A DNA stretch of 64,000 bases from a virus (taxonomy: Duplodnaviria > Caudoviricetes). Below, one piece after another: positions 30,095 to 37,954 of this stretch. The DNA lies in the IMG/VR virus record IMGVR_UViG_3300017791_000355, positions 1 to 64,000 of that record; one strand, written 5' to 3'. The notes under the pieces were generated by a model. The model had not been told where the DNA came from. It saw nothing but the letters and a program-made list of their open reading frames with translations, and did not search any database. Made by a program: the position numbers and the translations under genes. How positions within the stretch are numbered: position 1 is the first letter of the stretch; every line of letters begins with the position of its first letter.

Positions 30095-30529
30095 TTGAAG
30101 AAGTGTTCCGTCTGCAAACGTAGAAGACATCGCGATGCCTTCAATAAGAAGTCGAAGAGTCGAGACGGACTTCAGGCTCACTGTCGGGAGTGTAGCCACG
30201 CGAAGTTTGCTCGATATTATCGCGAGAACCGCCTCAAGCATTTACAGAATGTTCGAGAAGACAAGAGACGACTCCTGGCGAAGATTCGCGAACTGCTGTG
30301 GGAGTACTTTAGGACGCATCACTGTGTCGACTGCGGCGAACAGGATCCGATCGTGTTGGAGTTTGATCATGTTCGAGGTAAGAAGCGCGAAAACGTGACA
30401 ACACTCGTTAGGAGCGGCAGTAGTTGGCCTGCGATCCTTCGAGAAATCGAAAAGTGCGATGTACGTTGCGCGAATTGTCACAAGCGCGCAACATACCTAC
30501 GTTCTGGTTGTTGGCGACTGAACATGTAA
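30095..30529 (+). CDS. HNH endonuclease
   Basis: CVDCGEQDPIVLEFDH...CDVRCANCH; ORF-track start overlaps tRNA-Lys, so TTG at 30095 is used. Confidence 0.85.
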   Translation: MKKCSVCKRRRHRDAFNKKSKSRDGLQAHCRECSHAKFARYYRENRLKHLQNVREDKRRLLAKIRELLWEYFRTHHCVDCGEQDPIVLEFDHVRGKKRENVTTLVRSGSSWPAILREIEKCDVRCANCHKRATYLRSGCWRLNM

Positions 30530-30530
30530 C

Positions 30531-30604
30531 GCATCCACCACTCTATGGAGAGTACCCGGCCTTTACCCGGAGCTGAGAGGGTTCGATTCCTTCTGGATGC
30601 ACCA
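30531..30604 (+). tRNA. tRNA-Lys(TTT)
   Basis: CCGG-CCTTTAC-CCGG; CCA. Confidence 0.8.
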
Positions 30605-30665
30605 GTACAGAAACGGCATCGCATGCGCTCGCTGGAGTGACGGCGATGTACGCCTGGCTGACCTT

Positions 30666-30737
30666 CGGGGTGTGGCCTAATGGTAAGGCACGTGGTTTGG
30701 GACCATGGGAGTGCAGGTTCGAGTCCTGTCGCCCCGA
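30666..30737 (+). tRNA. tRNA-Pro(TGG)
   Basis: CGTGG-TTTGGGA-CCATG. Confidence 0.9.
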
Positions 30738-30882
30738 CGATGTTTGGAGGTCGCCCGATCGACCTACCCGCGCGGACGCGTGCGAGGCAAACGATGAAGC
30801 AGAAGCTGAACAACGGCACGCGCTCGCCGAAAGCGAGAAAGCGTCGTTACGATGCGAGGGAGCCGAGTCGGTTCGGAGTACT

Positions 30883-30955
30883 GCAGGCGAGGCCGACTGG
30901 TGAGGCCCTTCGTTGCCAACGAAGAACAGGATGGGTTCGATTCCCACCGTCTGCT
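30883..30955 (+). tRNA. tRNA-Gly(GCC)
   Basis: CTTCG-TTGCCAA-CGAAG. Confidence 0.85.
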
Positions 30956-31021
30956 CGACGCGTTACGAGATTCGTCCGGTGGGTGACTATCGGAGCGGGA
31001 GCATGACCCGCAGCGCGACAC

Positions 31022-31091
31022 GCAGACTTTGCTCCAGGCGAGCAAGCAGCCTTCCAAGCTGCCCAGACGGGTTCGAGTCCCGTAGTCTGCT
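31022..31091 (+). tRNA. tRNA-Gly(TCC)
   Basis: GCAGC-CTTCCAA-GCTGC. Confidence 0.85.
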
Positions 31092-31172
31092 CTATGACGT
31101 CCCGCAGCGAGGAGCCTACACGCAACTCGATTGGAACTCGAAACACGAGCTCCTCGCACTCGGACGTCTCTC

Positions 31173-31247
31173 GCTCCTCTGATCCAGCAGCAACGATGCC
31201 TGCTTCGTACGCAGGACACGCCGGTGCAATTCCGGCGAGGAGCTCCA
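31173..31247 (+). tRNA. tRNA-Thr(CGT)
   Basis: CCTGC-TTCGTAC-GCAGG; CCA. Confidence 0.8.
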
Positions 31248-31306
31248 AGACAGATCGTGGGTGGGGCGGACAGCCCGCCAAATTTCGCAACCTCCCACGA
31301 TCGCCT

Positions 31307-31378
31307 GCTGCACGTAGTCCTCGAGCGAGGGCCCCTGTTTTGTACTCAGGAGAGGCGGTGCGACTCCGACGAGCAGCT
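31307..31378 (+). tRNA. tRNA-Thr(TGT), degenerate
   Basis: CCTGT-TTTGTAC-TCAGG; stem mismatches. Confidence 0.55.
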
Positions 31379-31383
31379 CGATT

Positions 31384-31457
31384 GCGTCTCTAGTATCTCT
31401 GGTGAGTACGGCGGTTTGTTAATCCGAGAGAGGTTGGTTCGATTCCAACGAGACGCG
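31384..31457 (+). tRNA. tRNA-Asn(GTT)
   Basis: TTGTTAA loop; GGTTCGATTCC; weak anticodon stem. Confidence 0.75.
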
Positions 31458-31629
31458 CGATGTCGACGGTCTGCCCTACAGAGGTGGAAGACCAAAGAAC
31501 AGGGTTCGAGTCCCGGACATGCCCATTTAGTAGTTACCGATCCTCCGACGAAGAGTCTCCCGGCACGGGCCGGCGGTGAGAGTCGAGCGAGCGACCCGCG
31601 AGGGCGAGCGACTCGGTGAAGAGGGCCAC

Positions 31630-31700
31630 GCACTTGTCCCGACGGGTTCGGGCGCCACCACGACAAGGTGGACGCGCAGGTTCGATTCCTGACTGGTGCA
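31630..31700 (+). tRNA. tRNA-Val(GAC)
   Basis: CCACC-ACGACAA-GGTGG. Confidence 0.7.
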
Positions 31701-31774
31701 CCGGATGCCTGAAGAACAGAGGGCTACTCATTCGTCGATGCCGTGGAAACACGAACGCGACGTTGTCCCGCCAT

Positions 31775-31850
31775 GTCGCGATCCTCCAACTGGCTAGGAG
31801 TTCGGCTTCTCACGCCGACAATCGGGGTTCGAGTCCCCGTCGCGATACCA
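31775..31850 (+). tRNA. tRNA-Glu(CTC)
   Basis: TCGGC-TTCTCAC-GCCGA; CCA. Confidence 0.9.
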
Positions 31851-31851
31851 T

Positions 31852-31919
31852 CAGGCCCTGACTGATAGTCGCTCACTGCGCAGGTGGGAGGGGCGGTGTA
31901 ACTCCGTCGGTCCTGACCA
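31852..31919 (+). tRNA. atypical tRNA-like element (nominal anticodon CGC) with CCA end
   Basis: CTCAC-TGCGCAG-GTGGG; tiny D arm; TGTAACT T-loop. Confidence 0.45.
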
Positions 31920-31920
31920 T

Positions 31921-31989
31921 ACCCTCGACGTATAGAACGAGCCTCGGGCTACGAACTCGAGAGAGCGGGTGCGATACCTGCCGGGGGTA
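31921..31989 (+). tRNA. tRNA-Arg(ACG)
   Basis: TCGGG-CTACGAA-CTCGA. Confidence 0.75.
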
Positions 31990-32067
31990 CGAATCAACAG
32001 TGGTCTGTTGACTCACAGTCGGAGTCGAGAAGTCAACCGCCAGACCAGGCGTTCCGACAGGTCACAT

Positions 32068-32140
32068 AGGTCGCGCATGCTGGGCATGGCTTCGGCACCA
32101 AACCGAATGCAGGTGGGTTCGATTCCTACGCGGCCTGCCA
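32068..32140 (+). tRNA. tRNA-Trp(CCA)
   Basis: TTCGG-CACCAAA-CCGAA; G73; CCA. Confidence 0.8.
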
Positions 32141-32141
32141 T

Positions 32142-32213
32142 CGCAGACAGGCATGGTGTTCGACGCGGCTCATATCCGCGGTCGCGAGGGTTCGATTCTC
32201 TCGTCTGCGACCA
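32142..32213 (+). tRNA. tRNA-Met or Ile2 (CAT)
   Basis: CGCGG-CTCATAT-CCGCG; CCA. Confidence 0.8.
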
Positions 32214-32314
32214 CTTTCGACTTCGCACAATGGCCGGCAGGCGCCTAAGAACTGCACGCAAACCGCGTCGCTCTCAGGCGACGATGTTAGGCGGCGGGGT
32301 CGCGAGAAAAACAT

Positions 32315-32386
32315 CAGAGCGTAGCGAAGCGGTATCGTACTCGGCCCGGAACCGAGGGATCGCAGGTTCGAATCCTGCCGCTCTGA
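32315..32386 (+). tRNA. tRNA-Pro(CGG)
   Basis: CTCGG-CCCGGAA-CCGAG. Confidence 0.85.
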
Positions 32387-32392
32387 CGACAT

Positions 32393-32461
32393 GGCGAGAG
32401 TCCTGGGAGACAGACGAGGCCTACACCCTTGTCTTGCTCGGTTCGATTCCGAGTCTCGCTA
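32393..32461 (+). tRNA. tRNA-Val(TAC)
   Basis: CGAGG-CCTACAC-CCTTG. Confidence 0.7.
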
Positions 32462-32468
32462 CTGATTC

Positions 32469-32540
32469 CCGCCCATAGCACAACAGTAAGTGCAGTCGCT
32501 TGATAAGCGATTGATCGAGGTGCAACTCCTCGTGGGCGGA
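32469..32540 (+). tRNA. tRNA-Ile(GAT)
   Basis: GTCGC-TTGATAA-GCGAT. Confidence 0.85.
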
Positions 32541-32542
32541 CT

Positions 32543-32614
32543 GTGGCCGTGTTCCAACGGTCAAGATGTCTGGTTGTGTCCCAGACGATCGGGGTTCGAT
32601 TCCCCGCGGCCACC
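32543..32614 (+). tRNA. tRNA-His(GTG)
   Basis: TCTGG-TTGTGTC-CCAGA; C73; genomic -1 base is T. Confidence 0.85.
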
Positions 32615-32641
32615 CGAACACGCTAAACCAAGGAGAGGAAG

Positions 32642-33175
32642 ATGTCCGACGCGCAAGTACTCGTGCTCGATCAGTCGTACCGACCTCTCCAGGTCGTGCA
32701 CTGGACTGCTGCAATCACGATGCTCTTTACGTCCAAGGCCGAGGTCGTCGCCGAGTACGACGGCTTCGTTCGCTCGCAGTTGCTCGTGATCAAGATGCCG
32801 GCGGTGATTCGCCTGCTCAACGCGTTCCGGCGTCGGAGCAAGAAGGTCAAGTTCTCGCGCGTGAACATCTACGCTCGCGACAACTACGAGTGCCAGTACT
32901 GCGGTGAGCGCAAGCGGATGGGCGAGCTCACGTACGACCACGTCGTGCCGCGCTCGCAGGGAGGCAAGACGGACTGGACGAACATTGTGTCGTGCTGCAC
33001 AGAGTGCAACGCGAAGAAGGCGAACCGGACGCCGGAGCAGGCGCGCATGCGGCTGCGCAAGCGACCTGTACAGCCGACGCAGGAGCCCGCGATCGTGCTC
33101 CAGCTCTCGCGGGACAACGTGCCGGACGCGTGGAGGGACTACCTGTACTGGACTTCGGAGTTGGAGCAGGGATGA
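32642..33175 (+). CDS. HNH endonuclease (McrA-like)
   Basis: VLVLDQSYRPL, IYARDNYECQYCG, TYDHVVPRSQGGKTDWTNIVSCCTECNAKK. Confidence 0.92.
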   Translation: MSDAQVLVLDQSYRPLQVVHWTAAITMLFTSKAEVVAEYDGFVRSQLLVIKMPAVIRLLNAFRRRSKKVKFSRVNIYARDNYECQYCGERKRMGELTYDHVVPRSQGGKTDWTNIVSCCTECNAKKANRTPEQARMRLRKRPVQPTQEPAIVLQLSRDNVPDAWRDYLYWTSELEQG

Positions 33176-33351
33176 CCTTCGCGCAGCACCTCGAGCTCGC
33201 GCGCGGCAGCCTGACGAAGGCGCGTCGCGAGTACATCCGCGAGCGAATGTGGCGTGGTGATGAGTGGTACGAGGAGTGGCTGCGAGGCCTCGGCGACGAG
33301 GTCGAGAGCGCGGCGAGACAGTTCGGGTCGTCGAGCAGAGTGGTGAGATGA
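33172..33351 (+). CDS. small hypothetical protein
   Basis: ATGA-coupled to HNH gene. Confidence 0.5.
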   Translation: MTFAQHLELARGSLTKARREYIRERMWRGDEWYEEWLRGLGDEVESAARQFGSSSRVVR

Positions 33352-33569
33352 CACCTAGTGGGGTGTGCGCCACGATGAAGCGAAACGACCAAGTCCCCGT
33401 CGACGATGATTTTCCAAGTTGATCGTTGGGTCGTCGACGGGGGCGGTGCACTAGTTCGTAAAGCCGAAGCCCGTCGAGGTAGCGCCTCGATAGGTGAAGG
33501 CACGGCGCCCGAGGGGGAACCTCACCGCTAAGCGGAGCCGCAAGAGCCGTTGAGTCGGCCTCGGGTATT

Positions 33570-33643
33570 GGGTCTGTAGCTCTCTGGTTGAGGGCGCTTG
33601 ATTGTCGATCAAGATCAGGCGGGTTCGATCCCCGTTAGGCCCG
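33570..33643 (+). tRNA. tRNA-Asp(GTC)
   Basis: CTTGA-TTGTCGA-TCAAG; G73. Confidence 0.85.
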
Positions 33644-33648
33644 CGTTC

Positions 33649-33722
33649 GGGTAGGCATGTTCCAAGGAGGCGAGCTGCACTTGCAATGCGGCTGTTGGTC
33701 GGTTCGATTCCGATCCTATCCA
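33649..33722 (+). tRNA. tRNA-Ala(TGC)
   Basis: CTGCA-CTTGCAA-TGCGG; G3:U70. Confidence 0.85.
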
Positions 33723-33820
33723 CAATGACGAGAGGTTCGACTCCTCTGAAACTTGGAGCGTCAGAAACCGTGTGCCGCATGTTCGACTCGTGCATTCGGC
33801 GGATCCGAGCACACGTCACT

Positions 33821-33890
33821 GCTCCGAGTCTGTGGTCAGCACGCAGTCCTTGGTATGGACAGCGGCGCGGTTCGATTCCGCGACGGAGCT
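33821..33890 (+). tRNA. tRNA-Thr(GGT)
   Basis: GTCC-TTGGTAT-GGAC. Confidence 0.7.
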
Positions 33891-33974
33891 CCGACGTAAG
33901 CACGACGTGATGGGTTTTCGGTGGTTTCCCAGAAAGCCGAGACCGGCAGGTACGTGCATACTGCCCGGCAACAT

Positions 33975-34048
33975 TCAGGCGTAGTTCAATTGGTAGAACC
34001 GGAGGCCTTGACCCTCTGTGTGCGTGGGTTCGAACCCTACCGCCTGAA
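33975..34048 (+). tRNA. tRNA-Gln(TTG)
   Basis: GGAGG-CCTTGAC-CCTCT. Confidence 0.85.
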
Positions 34049-34171
34049 CTCTCCCGGGTAGCAACCGGAAGCCGACATCGATGGCAGGCCTCATGAACCT
34101 GCGGGAGAGTGTCGGCGGGACTAGGTCCGGAGTCGCGCTCCACTGGACGGAGTCATGCCCGTCCTGACGAT

Positions 34172-34247
34172 GCACTGGCGTGGCAGGACCACACGGCCGA
34201 TTGCAACCCGGCTCGGCGTTAGGGTGCGAGACCCTCCCAGTGCTCCA
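34172..34247 (+). tRNA. tRNA-Cys(GCA)
   Basis: GCCGA-TTGCAAC-CCGGC; U73; CCA. Confidence 0.75.
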
Positions 34248-34248
34248 C

Positions 34249-34316
34249 ACCTTGCACGATGGATCGAACCCGGAGCTTCTAACTCTGGCGGCCCGGTTCA
34301 ATTCCGGGGCGAGGTA
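34249..34316 (+). tRNA. tRNA-Arg(TCT)
   Basis: CGGAG-CTTCTAA-CTCTG. Confidence 0.75.
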
Positions 34317-34327
34317 CTATCTCGACC

Positions 34328-34636
34328 ATGATGAGGGCCACGATGTTCTTGATCGTCCTGACCGGGTGTCCGACGAAGCAGGAAGAGGCACAGGTGAAGC
34401 GCGAACTCGAGGAGGAGACCAAGAAGGCAGAGGTTGAGTTCAACCAGAAGGTCATCGACGAGGCGATCGCACAGTACCAGATGGTTGCGCGGGCCGGACT
34501 GAAGCAGGAGATGTGTCTCCGTGCCGGCATCGTGGTTGAGGCCCACCTCCAGGCGAAGCAGGAGGAGGACTGGCGGGTGTGGAAGCAGATCCAGTACAGG
34601 GACTGTAAGAAGGCCGGCATCCCGGTCATGAAGTAG
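34328..34636 (+). CDS. putative lipoprotein
   Basis: Lipobox VLTGC. Confidence 0.65.
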   Translation: MMRATMFLIVLTGCPTKQEEAQVKRELEEETKKAEVEFNQKVIDEAIAQYQMVARAGLKQEMCLRAGIVVEAHLQAKQEEDWRVWKQIQYRDCKKAGIPVMK

Positions 34637-34639
34637 TTC

Positions 34640-34708
34640 GCTCTTGACCGAGGACGTTGACCGGGTTTCCTAAACCTGGATCCGCAGGTTCGATTCCTGC
34701 CAGGAGCA
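34640..34708 (+). tRNA. tRNA-Arg(CCT)
   Basis: CGGGT-TTCCTAA-ACCTG. Confidence 0.75.
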
Positions 34709-34771
34709 CGGGGGTGGCGTTGCTACAACGCAAAGCGAGCGTCGAGCGCACGATGTCTCGCCCTCCACCAA

Positions 34772-34839
34772 GTCTCCGCGCATGGACGCGACTCGGGCCT
34801 CCGAAGCTCGACGAGCGGGTTCGATCCCCGCCGGTGACA
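34772..34839 (+). tRNA. tRNA-Arg(CCG)
   Basis: CGGGC-CTCCGAA-GCTCG. Confidence 0.75.
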
Positions 34840-34843
34840 CTTC

Positions 34844-34916
34844 GGCGTCGGTTCACTACTGGTGTGGTCGTCGGATTTTCAACCCGACCCTCGGAGTTCG
34901 ATTCTCCCCGACGTCA
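34844..34916 (+). tRNA. tRNA-Glu(TTC)
   Basis: TCGGA-TTTTCAA-CCCGA. Confidence 0.75.
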
Positions 34917-35038
34917 CTAACTAGGTCGTCATCATCACTCGCTATTCAAGAAAGTGAGCGCATGCGCACGCTTTGTGAAAGCGGAGCCGGGGTCCGGAGG
35001 TTGTACCTGGACACCGTTACCTATCACAAAGGAACTGC

Positions 35039-36379
35039 ATGAAGATGTTCAAGTTGTCACTGCTCATGGTCTGCGTACTTGCTTGGCCCGTCGCTGCCGC
35101 AACACCAGACAGCGTTGGAAACAACGACAAACTCGCCAGCGGCTACGATGCAACGTGCATCATCGAGGGTACGACGCTCTATTGCTGGGGCCCGAACGCG
35201 ATGGGAGCCGTCGGTGACGGGACCACGACTGCGAGGTCGAACGCGAATCAGTATCAGCACAGTGGTTCGTGGAAGTCGGTCTCCAGTAACTGGGGACACA
35301 CGTGCGCGATCAACTCGAGCGACGAACTGTATTGCTGGGGCAAGAACGATAACGGGCAGCTCGGGCAGGGCGACTTGACCGATCGTAGCTCGCCTACCCG
35401 CGTCGGAACCGCCACCTACTATCGCGTCGCGAACGGCTCGCAACACACGTGCGCGATCCGCAAGTCACCGAACGCGAATACCGACGGCAACGGTAACTCC
35501 GACATGTATTGCTTCGGTGACAATGCATACGGTCAGGTTGGCGACGGGACGACGACCGACCGCACCACCCCGACTCTCGCCAGTGTCAAGTCGGTCTTCG
35601 TGGCCGCCGGGTGGGGGCACACGTGCATCATCACGGCGACGTCCGGAACTACTCGCATCCTCTCTTGCGTCGGACAAAACAACTACGGTCAGCTCGGGGA
35701 CAACACGACGACGAATAATTCGGCGTGGCAGGCGCCTCGAAAGTCGGATGGCACCGCCATCACGATGAACTACGTCAGCAAGCTCGCCGCCAACACCTAT
35801 CAGACGTGCGTGATTGGCGGACTGACTTCGACGAACTCCGAACTTCGCTGCTGGGGCAACAACAGTCAGAGCGCGGTCGGGGATCCGTCGGCGTCGTTCG
35901 TGAAGTACGTCCCGACGTCAGCGAAGTGCATGCCGTCAGCGGCGCACTTCGGACGCACCTCGATTGGCTGGAACATCTGCAGTGGCTTCACTGAGGTATC
36001 TGTCGGGTACCAGCACGTCGTGTCGATCTGGGACGCCACGTGGACGCAGCAGAATCCATTCTACGCGTACCACGAGGGACTGCACGTCGTAGGCATGGGC
36101 TGGGGTGCCTTCGATCAGTTTGCCCAGTACGGTAGCGGGTCCGGTTTCAACTCGACGTCAAACTTGGTCGTGTTCGATGAGCCTGACGGCTCCTGTTACA
36201 ACGATAACTGCAGCGGTGTCGCTGGTTACACGGGATATGCGCTCGGTGTCGCGGGCGGGTGGTACCGGTCCTTCGGTTACTACGCCGTGCATGCCTTCCG
36301 CGAGTACGGTACCGACACTTCGTATCCGTCACCTCCCTGGCTTCAGTCCGTCATCGACGCTCAGGGTTGGGAGTACTGA
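35039..36379 (+). CDS. secreted RCC1/BLIP-II repeat beta-propeller protein
   Basis: Signal peptide; repeated HTCAI...LYCWGxNxxGQLG. Confidence 0.9.
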   Translation: MKMFKLSLLMVCVLAWPVAAATPDSVGNNDKLASGYDATCIIEGTTLYCWGPNAMGAVGDGTTTARSNANQYQHSGSWKSVSSNWGHTCAINSSDELYCWGKNDNGQLGQGDLTDRSSPTRVGTATYYRVANGSQHTCAIRKSPNANTDGNGNSDMYCFGDNAYGQVGDGTTTDRTTPTLASVKSVFVAAGWGHTCIITATSGTTRILSCVGQNNYGQLGDNTTTNNSAWQAPRKSDGTAITMNYVSKLAANTYQTCVIGGLTSTNSELRCWGNNSQSAVGDPSASFVKYVPTSAKCMPSAAHFGRTSIGWNICSGFTEVSVGYQHVVSIWDATWTQQNPFYAYHEGLHVVGMGWGAFDQFAQYGSGSGFNSTSNLVVFDEPDGSCYNDNCSGVAGYTGYALGVAGGWYRSFGYYAVHAFREYGTDTSYPSPPWLQSVIDAQGWEY

Positions 36380-36380
36380 C

Positions 36381-36875
36381 CTATCGAGGAGCGAGTTGCA
36401 GGTCGAACTCAATCGACGCGGGCTCGTTCTCGTAAGTCACCAACGTCCACGTCATCTTCCCGCGCCAGACACCCGCATCGTCCACGACGAGCGTGGTGGG
36501 CTGGCGCGCGCCCGTAGAGTCCTGAATGACAGTACCGGGAACCTGAACCCTAAGATGTTGATCATCGACTGTAGTTGACGGGACCGAACTCTCGAATTCG
36601 TGACTGTCGGGCGCGAATCGCCACAGCGGGAGGTCCCAGTAGTTCTCCTGCTCCACCCACCCAACAGTATCTCGAGTGAAGAAGTTGCAGAGCTCCGGCG
36701 TGCAGTCGATCGGCTGTCTCGAGTCGCCGTTGACCTTGGCGATGAGTGTCGGGTGGAGCCACCGCAGCTCGTACCGCGGTGCCCACGGAAAGACCTCGAG
36801 AGGCATCGGTTCCGGCTTTGGTTCTTGAGATACGCACGCGGCGACGAAGACCGCAGAAGTCACGACTTTCAGCAC
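36381..36875 (-). CDS. putative lipoprotein
   Basis: FVAAC lipobox-like sequence. Confidence 0.55.
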   Translation of the reverse strand: MLKVVTSAVFVAACVSQEPKPEPMPLEVFPWAPRYELRWLHPTLIAKVNGDSRQPIDCTPELCNFFTRDTVGWVEQENYWDLPLWRFAPDSHEFESSVPSTTVDDQHLRVQVPGTVIQDSTGARQPTTLVVDDAGVWRGKMTWTLVTYENEPASIEFDLQLAPR

Positions 36876-37035
36876 GCACTCATCCTAGACCCTGCCTCCG
36901 ACGAAGATCAAGCTCGAACGCGTTCCCTGGACGAACCGACGAACGTCGGCTAAACAAGAGCATCGTGTTCTCCATCTCATCCCAGTCGAGTACGTCGCGC
37001 TCCGCGAGCTCCCGCTCGTCGGCGCGCTAACTCCT

Positions 37036-37123
37036 GGAGCATGAGGTGGGCGGGTGCCCACACCCGTCTCGAAAACGGGCCCACGGCCGAGAGGTCGTGC
37101 GGGTTCGAGTCCTGCTTGCTCCG
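37036..37123 (+). tRNA. tRNA-Ser(CGA)
   Basis: CCCGT-CTCGAAA-ACGGG; long variable arm; G73. Confidence 0.88.
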
Positions 37124-37129
37124 CTATCT

Positions 37130-37212
37130 GGAAGGTAAACCGGCGAGGAGCCGGCGCCGGCCGCTACCCGGTTGGGACCGACAGGTCTGGGCTTCGAGTG
37201 CTCTGCCTTCCA
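37130..37212 (+). tRNA. tRNA-Ser(GCT)
   Basis: GCCGG-CCGCTAC-CCGGT; long variable arm. Confidence 0.75.
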
Positions 37213-37253
37213 CGAATTGAAAGTGCAGACTCGCATCAGCGGTTTCTCAACAG

Positions 37254-37658
37254 ATGCCAGAGAACAGCGATCCTCCCGGAAACCCGCTGAGCGCACTGCT
37301 CGGACGACCGTCTGAATCGGATGAGTCCAAGAAGCAGAAGGGCAAGCCGAAGGTCGAGAAACCGAAGTCGCTTGACCTGATGCACGCCGAATCAGGTTTG
37401 CCTGATCTCGACGCCGAGATCGTGAAGTCACCTGGTCCGCAGCCACCATTCCCTGTCGGAATGCAGGTCCGCTACGGCGGCTCGCGTCGACTATTCGCGG
37501 GCTGGGAGCTCAGCATGATCCTCGTCCCAGGCATGGAGTTCAAGATTGAGGAAGTCGTCGGCCGCTACAGTGTGGTCGTGACTGACGTCTACGGCGTCCG
37601 TTATGACATGCTCATCTCCGACGAGAACAAGGCCGAGTGGTCTCTGGTACAGAGGTGA
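37254..37658 (+). CDS. hypothetical protein
   Basis: ORF track. Confidence 0.55.
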   Translation: MPENSDPPGNPLSALLGRPSESDESKKQKGKPKVEKPKSLDLMHAESGLPDLDAEIVKSPGPQPPFPVGMQVRYGGSRRLFAGWELSMILVPGMEFKIEEVVGRYSVVVTDVYGVRYDMLISDENKAEWSLVQR

Positions 37659-37954
37659 AGGTCGAGGACATCTCGTGGTGCTCGGACGATTCGGAGACGC
37701 GACGCGTCGTTGCTCAGGTCGTAGGATGCGCGAAGACGTGGCGAGAGACAGAGTGCATGTTCGCGAAGACCACTCTCGGAGTCCCGGAGTGTCATCGCTG
37801 TAACGGCGAGAATCATCGCGAGAACTGTCCGGTCGAACTCACACGCCAGGACCTCATCGCCGCGCTCGACAAGTTCGACGCGCACAAGGTTCGGATACTA
37901 GACCGTTGGTAGACGCTTAGTTGCAAGTATCGTGCCAGGGGCGTACCCTGGACG

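Noticed and set aside
30543-32613. ORF-track proteins across the tRNA array
   Set aside because: Translations of tRNA genes (GIEP, GSIP, DSNL signatures), not real CDSs.
33354-33455. Retron msr-msd
   Set aside because: Long hairpin and terminal inverted repeat are present, but no RT gene is nearby.
33724-33760. Hammerhead ribozyme (TGACGA...GAAAC)
   Set aside because: Lacks C3, has an extra base before GAAA, and no stems I/III; the hairpin is a T-arm mimic.
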